Source: an uncultured Brevinematales bacterium (GTDB lineage Bacteria > Spirochaetota > Brevinematia > Brevinematales > JAOACQ01). Taken from it: a stretch of DNA of 64,000 bases. Shown in pieces: positions 55,066 through 64,000 of this stretch. The first letter of the stretch is position 1. Every line of letters begins with the position of its first letter. The notes below the pieces were generated by a model. It ran no database searches. It was given only the letters and a program-made list of their open reading frames with translations, and was not told where the DNA came from. Location: NCBI GenBank assembly GCA_964533855.1, contig CAZHNM010000005.1, forward strand, positions 74,898 to 138,897, written 5' to 3'. Both the position numbers and the translations under genes were made by a program.

Positions 55066-56181
55066 TCAAGGAACAGTATTCCCTGTATAGCGGCCGGCTT
55101 TCCAGGCTAAAAATTTGTCCCTTATTACGCTGACAAGAATGTCGATGAAGAGATTATTTTCAGCTGAAATATAGATATGGTCCGGGAATTGAAGACGGTA
55201 TTCAATCAATTTTTCCGGAGCCAGGAGGTCGATCTTGTTATAGCATGTTATAACCGGTATAGATTCCGCCCCTATCTCTTTAAGAGTGCTATTTACTATT
55301 TCCTGTTTTCTATCGAAAGCATGTGATGAAATATCGATAATATGCAATAAAAGGTCCGCTCCTGTGGTGTCTTCAAGCGTCGATTTGAAACTTTCTATCA
55401 ATCCATGGGGTATGTCCCGGATAAAACCGACAGTATCGGTAATAACGGCCTGGGACGGTTTTCCATCTATAATGCCCAGCCAGAGTTTTCTGGTTGTCGT
55501 ATCGAGCGTAGCGAAAAGTTTATCCTCAATTAATACGTCGGCTTTCGTGAGCCTGCGGAGAAGAGTCGATTTTCCTGAATTCGTATATCCTATGATCGCG
55601 ATCTTGAACTTGCCGTCAGACCTGCTTTTCCGCTGCTCCTTGCGGCCCTTGTCGAAACTCTCAAGCTTCTTTTTAATAACGAAGATCTTTCTCTGTATGA
55701 GCCTCCTGTCGAGCTCGAGCTGCTGCTCGCCGGGGCCGCGTGTTCCGATTCCTCCTCCCAGTCTTGAAAGCGACAAACCCTTGCCCATGACCCTCGGAAG
55801 CTCATATGACAGCTGGGCCAGTTCGACCTGGAGTTTTGACAGGTTTGAGCGGGCATGAAGAGCGAAAATATCGAGGATAAGTTCTGTTCTTGTTATTACT
55901 TTCAGTTCCAGGGCCTTTTCAAGATTCCGGATCTGTGTCGGAGAAAGTTCATGATTAAAGATAAGAAGCGGCTTTTCAGGATAATTTGATTTTATCTGGG
56001 AGACCTTGCCCTTGCCGATAAAATATTTAGGGTCTATTTCCTTTTTCCTCTGGATAATAGTGCCGGTAATATAGGCGCCGGCAGTCCTGGCAAGCTCTTT
56101 TAACTCATCGAGGGATTCGTTTAATCCCGCAGGCGAGTCAAAAGGTAAAAGGACGCCTACAAGAAGAGCATTTTCTTTCAT
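55066..56181 (-). CDS. hflX: GTPase HflX
   Basis: The HflX N-terminal domain is present (TELILDIFALHARSNLSKLQVELAQLSYELPR...GGGIGTRGPGEQQLELDRR), with G1 GYTNSGKSTL and DTVGFI. The start overlaps the upstream gene's stop by 1 nt (TAATG). Confidence 0.9.
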   Translation of the reverse strand: MKENALLVGVLLPFDSPAGLNESLDELKELARTAGAYITGTIIQRKKEIDPKYFIGKGKVSQIKSNYPEKPLLIFNHELSPTQIRNLEKALELKVITRTELILDIFALHARSNLSKLQVELAQLSYELPRVMGKGLSLSRLGGGIGTRGPGEQQLELDRRLIQRKIFVIKKKLESFDKGRKEQRKSRSDGKFKIAIIGYTNSGKSTLLRRLTKADVLIEDKLFATLDTTTRKLWLGIIDGKPSQAVITDTVGFIRDIPHGLIESFKSTLEDTTGADLLLHIIDISSHAFDRKQEIVNSTLKEIGAESIPVITCYNKIDLLAPEKLIEYRLQFPDHIYISAENNLFIDILVSVIRDKFLAWKAGRYTGNTVP

Positions 56182-58013
56182 TAATCCTTCAACAACAGCA
56201 TGAGCTCCTGGAGCGATTTGAGAATCTCATAACTTTTTGACAGTGAATTCAGATATTTTAAATTTTTAAGACCGCCTATCGTCCGGATGTTCCTGAGGTA
56301 TTTCGGAGGTTTTGTCTCTATATCGCTGTTTAATTTTGTTATTATATCAAGCATTGACGGAAACCTGGAAGAGAATTCGTCGAAAAGTTCCTTCGCTTTT
56401 ACATTGGCATAAGCGGTGCTTCTTTCAAGGTTTTTCTTGTTTTCGAGAAGGTTCCCTTCCTTTTTTTCAAGAAGGCTGGTTATTTTTTTTCCTGAAACTC
56501 CATTTTCATTCATATCGAAGATAAAATCGCGCAGCTTTTCTTCGAATTTGTCCAGGAAATAAAATATTTCGGACACCGCATTCTGGAAATATTTTTCATG
56601 AAACAAACCGTTAGTTACCGTAAGAGTGAGCATAGCCTTTATAGTCTCGTTATAATCGGTCCACAGGAATGTGTTGATAATTCCAAGATGGTAATGGTAT
56701 GAAAAGCCGTTAATCCCGAAAGTTTCGATTTTGCCTGAAATATCGCTATTATAAATGCCAGCCCATTTGAATGAAGTAAACAGCTTTTTAACGGAAATGT
56801 CGATCTTCCTGTTCTTTTTCTCTATTAAAATAAACCTCGAAATATTTGTTATTCTCTCCTTGAAGATTTCAGAGTAAATCTTAACGATATCGAAACTGCT
56901 CATCATTATAAGAGGGGAATAAAGAGGGTCTTTTTTTACAATCTGTATAAGCTGGGTGAAATAGTTTTTGTTCATAATATCCTTAAGAGTATCGAAACAA
57001 AGGATGGCATCATTTTCAAACCTTTCTTTCGAGTCGGATTCACCCTGGCTTTGCTGTTTCCCCTCCTCGACAATCTGGGGAGGTTCAGCCAGCATTTGCA
57101 TGAAAACAGAAACTTCGAACAAATTTTTAAATATCTTTACATTATCCATTGAAAGATCGATCTTGAATAAAATCTCCTCGAGTTCGGAAAGGTAAGGCAG
57201 CAATGCGTCGGATGAAATATCGTCAAAATCAGGGCTGACGCCGGGGTTATACCCCGAATCGAATCTCTTGAGAAAGGATATGAAATCAAAATCGGCGAGG
57301 TCTTTTATGTAAAGGAGATTGGTATATGCCTTGTTAGCTGCCACCGCGGTGTCGGTTTCAAAAGAATCAAGGTAGGATTTAATAGAATTTTCTACAGCGG
57401 TATTAGCTTTCTTACTGCTTTCAAAGTCGGCTAATATCCTGCTTATTCCCTGATATGAAAAATTGCTGTCCACTTCTTTCGAATTTATTCCCGCAGTTTT
57501 TTCAAAAAAATACTCAAGGCCCGTTTTATTGAACCTTTCGGGATTGTCCCAGAGTTCGGGGTTGCCAAGGGTATCTTCTATCACCTTTTTAAGGGAAAAT
57601 ATTTTTAAATAGGCGTCATGAATCTTATAGGCGAAGTACTTTGTTATCCTCTGTGAAATCGGGTTATAAACAGCGGGTTTGTATTTGTTCAGGTTTTTTT
57701 CTATTACTTTCAAGCCTTTATTAATCCTGAAATTTTCACCGGCCTTTTTATCGAAAATTGCAAGGAAGATCAGATAAATTCTCTCGAAAAAATTCAATTC
57801 GATATAAAATTCTTTTTTTTCGGGCGATTTTGATACTTTCATGACCGGAGTTTTATCCCCTGCGCTTTGTTCTTCCCTTGAATGCCTGCTTATTTCCTTC
57901 TGTATCTTTTTCTTTTCCTCATCGCTGAGCTCAAGGGCTTTCGGGTCAAAAACCTTATCGTTGAACAGGCCCTTTTTCCGGGCCTGGTCCATGGAGTCGC
58001 GGTCATAAGACAT
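56181..58013 (-). CDS. hypothetical protein (610 aa), no recognisable catalytic motif
   Basis: This is a long uninterrupted ORF that appears translationally coupled to hflX and starts 9 nt after the PSP1-domain gene. The sequence looks predominantly helical, with an acidic and Ser-rich central linker. Confidence 0.5.
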   Translation of the reverse strand: MSYDRDSMDQARKKGLFNDKVFDPKALELSDEEKKKIQKEISRHSREEQSAGDKTPVMKVSKSPEKKEFYIELNFFERIYLIFLAIFDKKAGENFRINKGLKVIEKNLNKYKPAVYNPISQRITKYFAYKIHDAYLKIFSLKKVIEDTLGNPELWDNPERFNKTGLEYFFEKTAGINSKEVDSNFSYQGISRILADFESSKKANTAVENSIKSYLDSFETDTAVAANKAYTNLLYIKDLADFDFISFLKRFDSGYNPGVSPDFDDISSDALLPYLSELEEILFKIDLSMDNVKIFKNLFEVSVFMQMLAEPPQIVEEGKQQSQGESDSKERFENDAILCFDTLKDIMNKNYFTQLIQIVKKDPLYSPLIMMSSFDIVKIYSEIFKERITNISRFILIEKKNRKIDISVKKLFTSFKWAGIYNSDISGKIETFGINGFSYHYHLGIINTFLWTDYNETIKAMLTLTVTNGLFHEKYFQNAVSEIFYFLDKFEEKLRDFIFDMNENGVSGKKITSLLEKKEGNLLENKKNLERSTAYANVKAKELFDEFSSRFPSMLDIITKLNSDIETKPPKYLRNIRTIGGLKNLKYLNSLSKSYEILKSLQELMLLLKD

Positions 58014-58022
58014 TAATATATC

Positions 58023-59033
58023 CTATATCTCTTCCTGTATTCCTGTATTATCAGCCGGTTTTATAGCTTCGGCGCTTGTCCTGTATACGGATATTCCCGA
58101 GCTGTCTTTCTTTAAAAATTTAATGCTGTCAAGGGGATACTTTTTCTGGTGATGATTTTCATCACATACATAAACTTCTCTCTTGATTATATTATGAGAG
58201 GAAACGGTATAATTTTTTAAGCCGTCGGCAACGACAGAACCTATCGCAGGATATTCCTTCCTCTCTTCATTATAAAATTGGGCTTCGTAGGAAAGGCAGC
58301 ACATAAGCCTTCCGCAAGACCCTGTCAATTTGCTCGAATTGACAACAAAACCCTGGTCCTTTGCCATTTTCAGGTAAATGGAATTTATATGGCAGTTAGT
58401 CCGCATGCAGCAGTTGACGATGCCGCATACTCCGTAACTGCCTATGATCTTTGCCGCGTCCCTGACCCCGATCTGCCTCATTTCGATCCTTGTTTTAAAG
58501 AGACCTGCAAGCCTTTTTACAAGCTGCCTGAAATCGATCCTGTTGTCAGCGGTAAAATTAAATATTATTTTCTTTTTTTGATAAAGAAAATGAACATTTA
58601 TCAATTTCATATCGAGCTTCAATTCGCAAATCTCTTTTTTTGCAGCATGGTAAGCCCGCTTTTCCTCTTCGCGGAATGATTGCCAGGATCTCAACTCTTC
58701 TTCGGTGACAGGTTTCAAAATTTTGAAATTTTCGACCTGTTCCTTGTCTATCTCAGTGGGAATATGCTCATCTTTTACATCTAAAATCGAGGTGTCATCG
58801 ATTTCGATGCCGGCGATATCGGTTTCTCCGTTATGTTCCTGGACAGCCTTTTTGACAAAAAACTTGTCCCTTGTGATTTCCCTGACATCTGTGGTGGCCA
58901 GCCCTATGTCTTCGCCGAACTTCGTATTCACGAGGTAGTAGGTGTCAGGGGTAACTGTAAGCCCATCCGGTGCAAGGTAAGGCAGGATCATATTATCGAA
59001 ATATGTCTTTATATATGCTGCTTTATATATCAT
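58023..59033 (-). CDS. PSP1-domain protein (YaaT/RicT-like)
   Basis: The PSP1 C-terminal region is present (IIFNFTADNRIDFRQLVKRLAGLFKTRIEMRQIGVRDAAKIIGSYGVCG). It includes the conserved Cys clusters (CGIVNCCMRTNCH, GSCGRLMCCLSYE). Confidence 0.8.
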   Translation of the reverse strand: MIYKAAYIKTYFDNMILPYLAPDGLTVTPDTYYLVNTKFGEDIGLATTDVREITRDKFFVKKAVQEHNGETDIAGIEIDDTSILDVKDEHIPTEIDKEQVENFKILKPVTEEELRSWQSFREEEKRAYHAAKKEICELKLDMKLINVHFLYQKKKIIFNFTADNRIDFRQLVKRLAGLFKTRIEMRQIGVRDAAKIIGSYGVCGIVNCCMRTNCHINSIYLKMAKDQGFVVNSSKLTGSCGRLMCCLSYEAQFYNEERKEYPAIGSVVADGLKNYTVSSHNIIKREVYVCDENHHQKKYPLDSIKFLKKDSSGISVYRTSAEAIKPADNTGIQEEI

Positions 59034-59137
59034 TACGATACTCTCCTAGTTAATAATAACGGTTAATATTATTAATTTATTGATTATTATATAATTATTT
59101 TTTAAACTCATCAATTAATTGTATATAAAGAAAGATT

Positions 59138-59872
59138 ATGGATAAAACGATTTACACCCTTTATAAGGTTCTTTTCGGCGTTTACGGTCATCAGAACTGG
59201 TGGCCCATAATAGAAAACGGGCGCTGCCGGTACCTTGACGATTACAGGAAAAGGGCCAGGACCGATGACGAGATACTCGAGATAATGGCAGGGGCTGTCC
59301 TGACACAGAATACATCATGGGAGAATGCCGCAGGGGCTTTGGCAAAATTAAAAGGGGAAGCTTTATTAAATATAGAAAGTCTTGACAGCGTCCGGGCTGT
59401 CGATATAGCTAAAATAATAAAAGGATCGGGCTACTATAACCAGAAGGCCGCGAAGCTGAAGGCCCTGGCAGGTTTTCTCAAAGGACTGCCGGGCGGTATG
59501 CTTGAAATAAGGGAGATGGGGCTTGAAGCGGCGCGGGAATGCCTGCTGTCGGTCTGGGGGATCGGAAAGGAAACTGCAGATTCGATCCTTTTATACGGAT
59601 TTTATTTTTTAACGTTCGTGATAGACTCTTATACGGTCAGGGTATTTTCGAGGGTCTGGATAGGAGAAAATGAAGCCCCGGGCGATTATGAAAAGATCCG
59701 GTGTTATGTAATGGAGCGCTTACCCCGTAATACGCTCCTTTACCAGGATTATCATGCTCTGATAGTGCTGCTCGGCAAAAATATCTGCAGGAAAAAACCG
59801 CTCTGTGAAATTTGCCCGCTATCTTTCATGTGTGGTTACGCACACGGACGCACGGCTTTACGCACAATATAA
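59138..59872 (+). CDS. endonuclease III-related HhH-GPD domain protein
   Basis: The protein contains GAVLTQNTSWENAAGAL, the HhH segment LLSVWGIGKETADSILLY, and the C-terminal Cys cluster CRKKPLCEICPLSFMC. Confidence 0.75.
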   Translation: MDKTIYTLYKVLFGVYGHQNWWPIIENGRCRYLDDYRKRARTDDEILEIMAGAVLTQNTSWENAAGALAKLKGEALLNIESLDSVRAVDIAKIIKGSGYYNQKAAKLKALAGFLKGLPGGMLEIREMGLEAARECLLSVWGIGKETADSILLYGFYFLTFVIDSYTVRVFSRVWIGENEAPGDYEKIRCYVMERLPRNTLLYQDYHALIVLLGKNICRKKPLCEICPLSFMCGYAHGRTALRTI

Positions 59873-59884
59873 CGGAGGCTTCCA

Positions 59885-60766
59885 ATGCAATGCAGACTAT
59901 GCGGGAATGAACATAGTATAAAAAAATATACGATAAACAGGTTCGATCCCCCGTTTTTAATAAATGAATGTGCGAAATGCGGATTTTTATTCCAGGACGC
60001 CGGCGGGGATCCGGGCCGGGCTTATTCGTTTTATGACGAAGGCTATTATACCGGTACAGGGGCGTATACATATATCGATGAAAGGAAAGAAGAAGAAGCC
60101 TGCAGGGTTGTCTGGAAAAAGCGGGTTTCAAAATGGATGAAGTGGGACAGATCCGGGAAACCCGGAGGCAGTTTTCTCGATGTCGGATGTTCATTCGGAG
60201 GGCTTATGAAAGTCGCCGAAGAATCCGGTCTTAAACCTTACGGCATTGAAGTTTCTCTTTATTCGGGCGCCTTCGCAAAAAAAAGGTTCGGCGGGGATTC
60301 TATATTTATCGGGAGCGTAGAGGACGTTAAACTTCCTGAAAACGAGTTTTCAATTGTCAGCCTGATAGAAGTCATCGAGCATGTCCACGATATCAGGAAA
60401 GCGATAGGCAATATTTATGCATCTATGAAGAAGGGAGGAGTCCTTATTATTCAGACAGCCGACATGGAAGGGCTCCAGGCGAAATTATACGGAAAGAAAT
60501 ACGGATATTTTCTTCCGGGTCACCTGTCGTACTTTTCAAGGAACAATCTTGCCGGGCTTCTTAAATCCGCCGGTTTCAGCCGTATTAAATTCATCGGAGG
60601 GGTCGAATTCGGGCTTCTTTCAAAATTGATCAAATCCGGATATGGTTTTAAAAAATGGACAGATTATTTGAGATGGATTAAAATTTCAACGTACCATTTA
60701 ATAAGCAAGGCAGCTTTTGGAAGGTTTCATATGACAAGTTCGATGGTCATGGCGGCCTGGAAGTAA
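59885..60766 (+). CDS. class I SAM-dependent methyltransferase with an N-terminal zinc ribbon
   Basis: The zinc ribbon is CRLCGN...CAKCGF, the SAM motif is FLDVGCSFGGL, and the post-I/II motifs are SLIEVIEHVHD...LKKGGVLII. Confidence 0.75.
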   Translation: MQCRLCGNEHSIKKYTINRFDPPFLINECAKCGFLFQDAGGDPGRAYSFYDEGYYTGTGAYTYIDERKEEEACRVVWKKRVSKWMKWDRSGKPGGSFLDVGCSFGGLMKVAEESGLKPYGIEVSLYSGAFAKKRFGGDSIFIGSVEDVKLPENEFSIVSLIEVIEHVHDIRKAIGNIYASMKKGGVLIIQTADMEGLQAKLYGKKYGYFLPGHLSYFSRNNLAGLLKSAGFSRIKFIGGVEFGLLSKLIKSGYGFKKWTDYLRWIKISTYHLISKAAFGRFHMTSSMVMAAWK

Positions 60767-60784
60767 AAGAAGGGAAAAGGCAAA

Positions 60785-61588
60785 GTGGAAAATATAAAGA
60801 GAATCACAAGTTATTTTTATATATCATTAGTAATAAACCTGTATATCATATTAATGCTGTTCATGTTTTTCGACAGGGATTTTTTCGCCTCCCTTTTCAA
60901 TCCCTCTTTCATAAAACCTGTAACAACTGAAGAAACGACCATAGTGGATACCGCCACTGAAGCCGAGACAAAACCCCTCACCGGTATGATCTCGGATAAA
61001 GCCAATGTCAATTCGGCGCCAAAGCAGGGTGAAAACAGGTATAATTACGTCAATCCTGACATGGAGCAGAGCCCTTATCAGAAAAGCGTATCGGGCAAAA
61101 CGGTAAAAGACTCATCCCGGAAAAGCGCTTCGGGGGAAGACTCAGTTCAGCTCGATACCATAAAGGGAAATCCTGAAGCCAGCACAACCGGCGGGGATTA
61201 TCACACCTCATATTTCGATCCCCAGTCGCCGCCGGATGTCGAGATGGATAACAACGGGGATATGTCCCTGGCTACAATCCCGGAGGCTTTCGCATCTTAT
61301 TTTCTGGCGATGGAAAAAAAAGTCGGCGAAAACTGGCAGAAATTTTTCCCCATATTTCAATTTTACCAGGGCCTGATTAAAAGCGGGGATGTCGTTGTCA
61401 CATTCTGGGTTGACGATAAGGGGAATATTTTAAATCCGACTGTTATAAAATCTTATGGTTACAGCATCCTCGACGAGGCATGCCTCAACGCAGTCATATA
61501 CTCAAAAAATTTCGGGCCCCTGCCTGTCAGCGTCAATAAAGGCAGGCCTGTGAAAGTCGATTTCAAATTCATCTATCTGTCCAGGTAG
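60785..61588 (+). CDS. TonB C-terminal-domain (energy transducer-like) protein
   Basis: An N-terminal TM anchor and a polar linker are followed by a C-terminal TonB_C-like segment (GDVVVTFWVDDKGNILNPTVIKSYGYSILDEACLNAVIYSKNFGPLP). The start is GTG. Confidence 0.6.
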   Translation: MENIKRITSYFYISLVINLYIILMLFMFFDRDFFASLFNPSFIKPVTTEETTIVDTATEAETKPLTGMISDKANVNSAPKQGENRYNYVNPDMEQSPYQKSVSGKTVKDSSRKSASGEDSVQLDTIKGNPEASTTGGDYHTSYFDPQSPPDVEMDNNGDMSLATIPEAFASYFLAMEKKVGENWQKFFPIFQFYQGLIKSGDVVVTFWVDDKGNILNPTVIKSYGYSILDEACLNAVIYSKNFGPLPVSVNKGRPVKVDFKFIYLSR

Positions 61589-61715
61589 GAACTGTCCGGC
61601 TGATCGTAATTTGATATTTTTTTGACTGAATTATATAATTCTCCTTTGTGTAAAATTCCAGACATAAGTGCCGCTAACAATACACTGTACTATAAACGGC
61701 ACAAAAGGAGCATGT

Positions 61716-62651
61716 ATGATTTCTGTGCGGGGATTGAAAAAATTTTATGGCGAAGTAAAGGCTGTCAACGGCGTTGAATTCGATATTCAGAAAGGAGAGA
61801 TTGTCGGCCTTTTAGGTCCGAACGGCGCAGGGAAAACGACGACTCTCCGGATGCTTACGGGTTATCTGACCCCCACGGAGGGCGACGTCACAATCGATAA
61901 TCTCAGCGTCATCGATAATCTCAGCGATATAAAAAAAGTGATCGGCTATCTTCCCGAGTCTGCGCCTCTTTATGGGGATATGGCGGTTTATGACTATCTT
62001 GAATTTATCGCCAGGGTCCAGGAAGTCGGTGAAAGCGATATTGAAAACAGGATCCACTATGTTTCAGATAAGTGCAGCCTGAACCAGGTCATCAATAAAA
62101 AAATATCCGAGCTCTCCAAGGGCTATAAGCAGAGGGTCGGACTGGCGCATGCCATTATACACGATCCGGCGATCCTGATCCTCGATGAACCTACGAGCGG
62201 GCTCGATCCCAACCAGATAATAGAAATAAGGGAACTCATCAAGGAGCTTGGAAAGGAAAAAACAGTCATTCTTTCGACTCATATATTGAGCGAAGTTGAA
62301 GCGACATGCAGCAGGGTCATAATCATTAACAAGGGTTGTATAGTCAAGGATGCCTCGACGGATAACCTTATGGCCGACGCGGGCGCCGCGAATGCCGTTT
62401 ACCTGCAGATAAAAACAGGCGAACCGAAAAAGGCGGTCGGCGATTTTCTTAAATTCAAGGGGGTCAACAAGGTCGATGTCAGCGAAGGTTACGCCGGCCT
62501 AAAAGATGTGTTTGTCTTTTCGGACAGCGGAAACGATATCAGAGAGGAAATCTATAAAAAGATAAAAGAGAGCGACTGGTCTCTTATTGAAATGAGAAAA
62601 GAAAAGCAGACCCTGGAAAACATATTCCAGGAATTGACTAAGGAGGCATAA
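61716..62651 (+). CDS. ABC transporter ATP-binding protein (ABC-2/GldA-like)
   Basis: It has Walker A GPNGAGKTT, the signature LSKGYKQR and Walker B ILILDEPTSGLD. I chose the start at 61716 (AAAGGAG 5 nt upstream) instead of the GTG at 61668. Confidence 0.9.
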   Translation: MISVRGLKKFYGEVKAVNGVEFDIQKGEIVGLLGPNGAGKTTTLRMLTGYLTPTEGDVTIDNLSVIDNLSDIKKVIGYLPESAPLYGDMAVYDYLEFIARVQEVGESDIENRIHYVSDKCSLNQVINKKISELSKGYKQRVGLAHAIIHDPAILILDEPTSGLDPNQIIEIRELIKELGKEKTVILSTHILSEVEATCSRVIIINKGCIVKDASTDNLMADAGAANAVYLQIKTGEPKKAVGDFLKFKGVNKVDVSEGYAGLKDVFVFSDSGNDIREEIYKKIKESDWSLIEMRKEKQTLENIFQELTKEA

Positions 62652-62652
62652 A

Positions 62653-63378
62653 GTGAACGAGAATATAATTAATTATAAAAAAGTCTGGGTCCTGTTTAAA
62701 AAAGAGTTCAGGTTCTTTTTCTTTTCGCCTATAGCTTATATCTGCATCTGCCTGTTCCTGATCATTTCGGGCTGGGTATTCTTTTCCCAGTTTTTTTTAT
62801 TCAACCAGGCTGAAATGCGTGAATTTTTCAGGAATCTTCCTTTCTTCTTCGCGATAGTGATCCCGGCCATCACCATGGGGCTGTTTTCGGAGGAATTCAG
62901 CGTCGGCTCTTATGAAATGATAAGCACAACGTCGGTTTCGATCCCGGACATTATATTAGGAAAGTTCCTTGCGGCATGCGCTTTCATGTTTGTAGCCCTT
63001 GTGCCGACTTTCATATTCCCCATAAGCATCGCGTTCCTGGGAGACCTGGATTTCGGGCCTGTCCTCGGAGGATATATCGGTTCTGTTCTTCTGATCGGGG
63101 CGTTTGCTGCGATAGGCATATTTTCATCCTCGCTGACTAAAAATCAGATACTTTCGCTGATAGTATCAATCGCCATCTGCGTCCCCCTGACTTTTATAGT
63201 ATTCATGGACCAGTTTCTTCCGCCTTTCTTTTCAGATATCATTAACGATTTATCCGCCGCTGCGAGGTTCAGCAATATAGCCAAGGGCGTCATCGACTGG
63301 AGGGATGTGCTTTATTTCCTTTCCGTTATTTTCATCGCCCTGTATTCTACTAAGCTTGTGCTTGAGCGCAAAAAGTAG
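62653..63378 (+). CDS. ABC-2 type transporter permease (GldF-like)
   Basis: About six TM helices are predicted. The GTG start follows an AAGGAGG RBS and abuts the stop of the ATPase gene. Confidence 0.75.
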   Translation: MNENIINYKKVWVLFKKEFRFFFFSPIAYICICLFLIISGWVFFSQFFLFNQAEMREFFRNLPFFFAIVIPAITMGLFSEEFSVGSYEMISTTSVSIPDIILGKFLAACAFMFVALVPTFIFPISIAFLGDLDFGPVLGGYIGSVLLIGAFAAIGIFSSSLTKNQILSLIVSIAICVPLTFIVFMDQFLPPFFSDIINDLSAAARFSNIAKGVIDWRDVLYFLSVIFIALYSTKLVLERKK

Positions 63379-63431
63379 TATTCTGCCACTAACATAACAA
63401 GTGCCTGTAAGCGGCACAAGGAGAAATTTAT

Positions 63432-64000
63432 ATGAAACCTGAAATCCAGAAACAGCGTATAGATAGCCTTACCACCTACCTGATAGTGGTCGGCATAGTC
63501 CTCGTATTTAATATTGTCATTTCAGGCCTTTCCTTCAAACTTGATCTGACAAGCCAGAACGTATATTCTATCGCATCAGTCAGCAAAGATGTTGTAAAAA
63601 AACTCACAGGACCGATGACGGTAAAGATATTTTTTACCCCCGGCCTTCCAGCTCCATATAATACTATTGAAAGATACCTCAGGGATGTTATGGGCGAATA
63701 CAAGCAGGCGAGTTCGCATAATAATTTTCGCTATGAATTCGTAGATCTCGTGAAAAATCCCGATGAGGCTATGGAATACGGCGTTTACCCTGTCCAGATC
63801 AGGGTAGTGGAAAAAGACCAGATCCAGATGAAAAAAGCATATATAGGGATGGTATTCCTCCATGCCGACATGGTTGAAAGGATAGCCCAGATCAAATATA
63901 CGGACGGGCTCGAGTATAATATAACTTCAATTATCAGGAAAATGATCAACAAGATCGACTGGCTTAACGCACTCAAGGAAAACATAAAGATAGAACTTGT
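63432..64000 (+). CDS. GldG-like ABC-transport auxiliary component (N-terminal part only; the gene continues past the window end)
   Basis: This ORF is absent from the ORF track because it is open at the window edge. Manual translation gives MKPEIQKQRIDSLTTYLIVVGIVLVFNIVISGLSFKLDLTSQNVYSIASVSKDVVKKLTGPMTVKIFFTPGLP...YLRDVMGEYKQAS...FVDLVKNPDEAMEYGV. This matches the GldG N-terminal layout, and the gene follows the ATPase and permease genes. Confidence 0.6.
   Translation, partial: MKPEIQKQRIDSLTTYLIVVGIVLVFNIVISGLSFKLDLTSQNVYSIASVSKDVVKKLTGPMTVKIFFTPGLPAPYNTIERYLRDVMGEYKQASSHNNFRYEFVDLVKNPDEAMEYGVYPVQIRVVEKDQIQMKKAYIGMVFLHADMVERIAQIKYTDGLEYNITSIIRKMINKIDWLNALKENIKIEL

Noticed and set aside
1-64000. 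A search for CRISPR arrays, transposases or integrases, prophage genes, toxin-antitoxin pairs, reverse transcriptases and known defence-system genes.
   Set aside because: I saw no regularly spaced direct repeats, no recombinase or transposase motifs (DDE, or Tyr/Ser recombinase) and no terminal inverted repeats. The tRNA genes are not flanked by integrase-like ORFs. By eye, composition looks uniform across the window.

Overview
This is an AT-rich bacterial chromosomal window, densely packed with about 62 protein genes and 4 tRNAs. I saw no rRNA, CRISPR array, transposase, integrase or phage genes. Most of the content is core housekeeping. It includes parA-parB with three parS palindromes, recA, obg, proB, argJ and argB, dapA and dapL, and ilvB-ilvN. 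It also includes holA, secD-secF-yajC, yidC-mnmE, mtgA, dut-panC-pyrG, mnmA, hflX and galT-glf-hemW. The cell envelope looks diderm: there are several signal-peptide or lipobox proteins and putative beta-barrels ending in Phe, a TonB-C protein and a gldA/F/G-like ABC system. A degenerate radical-SAM/SPASM protein fused onto the obg operon and use of the LL-DAP aminotransferase route tentatively suggest a spirochaete-like lineage; this is inference only. I found no compact, obviously novel accessory island. The most unusual items are:
- an orphan, motif-degenerate HypF-C (Kae1-like) protein directly upstream of ilvBN
- the cysteine-motif-less radical-SAM/SPASM-like protein overlapping obg
- a roughly 70-aa insertion in CTP synthase
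- a split partner-switching network: sigma factor, unknown protein and PAS-PP2C at one end of the window, and an RsbW/RsbV-like pair with a LamG-FN3 exported protein at 49 kb
- an orphan FliO-like gene next to a lipoprotein with GxQxGFxN repeats
- a GC-rich structured element in the dut/DUF4389 spacer, with a related hairpin near tRNA-Lys

All family assignments come from motif recognition by eye. No database search was possible.
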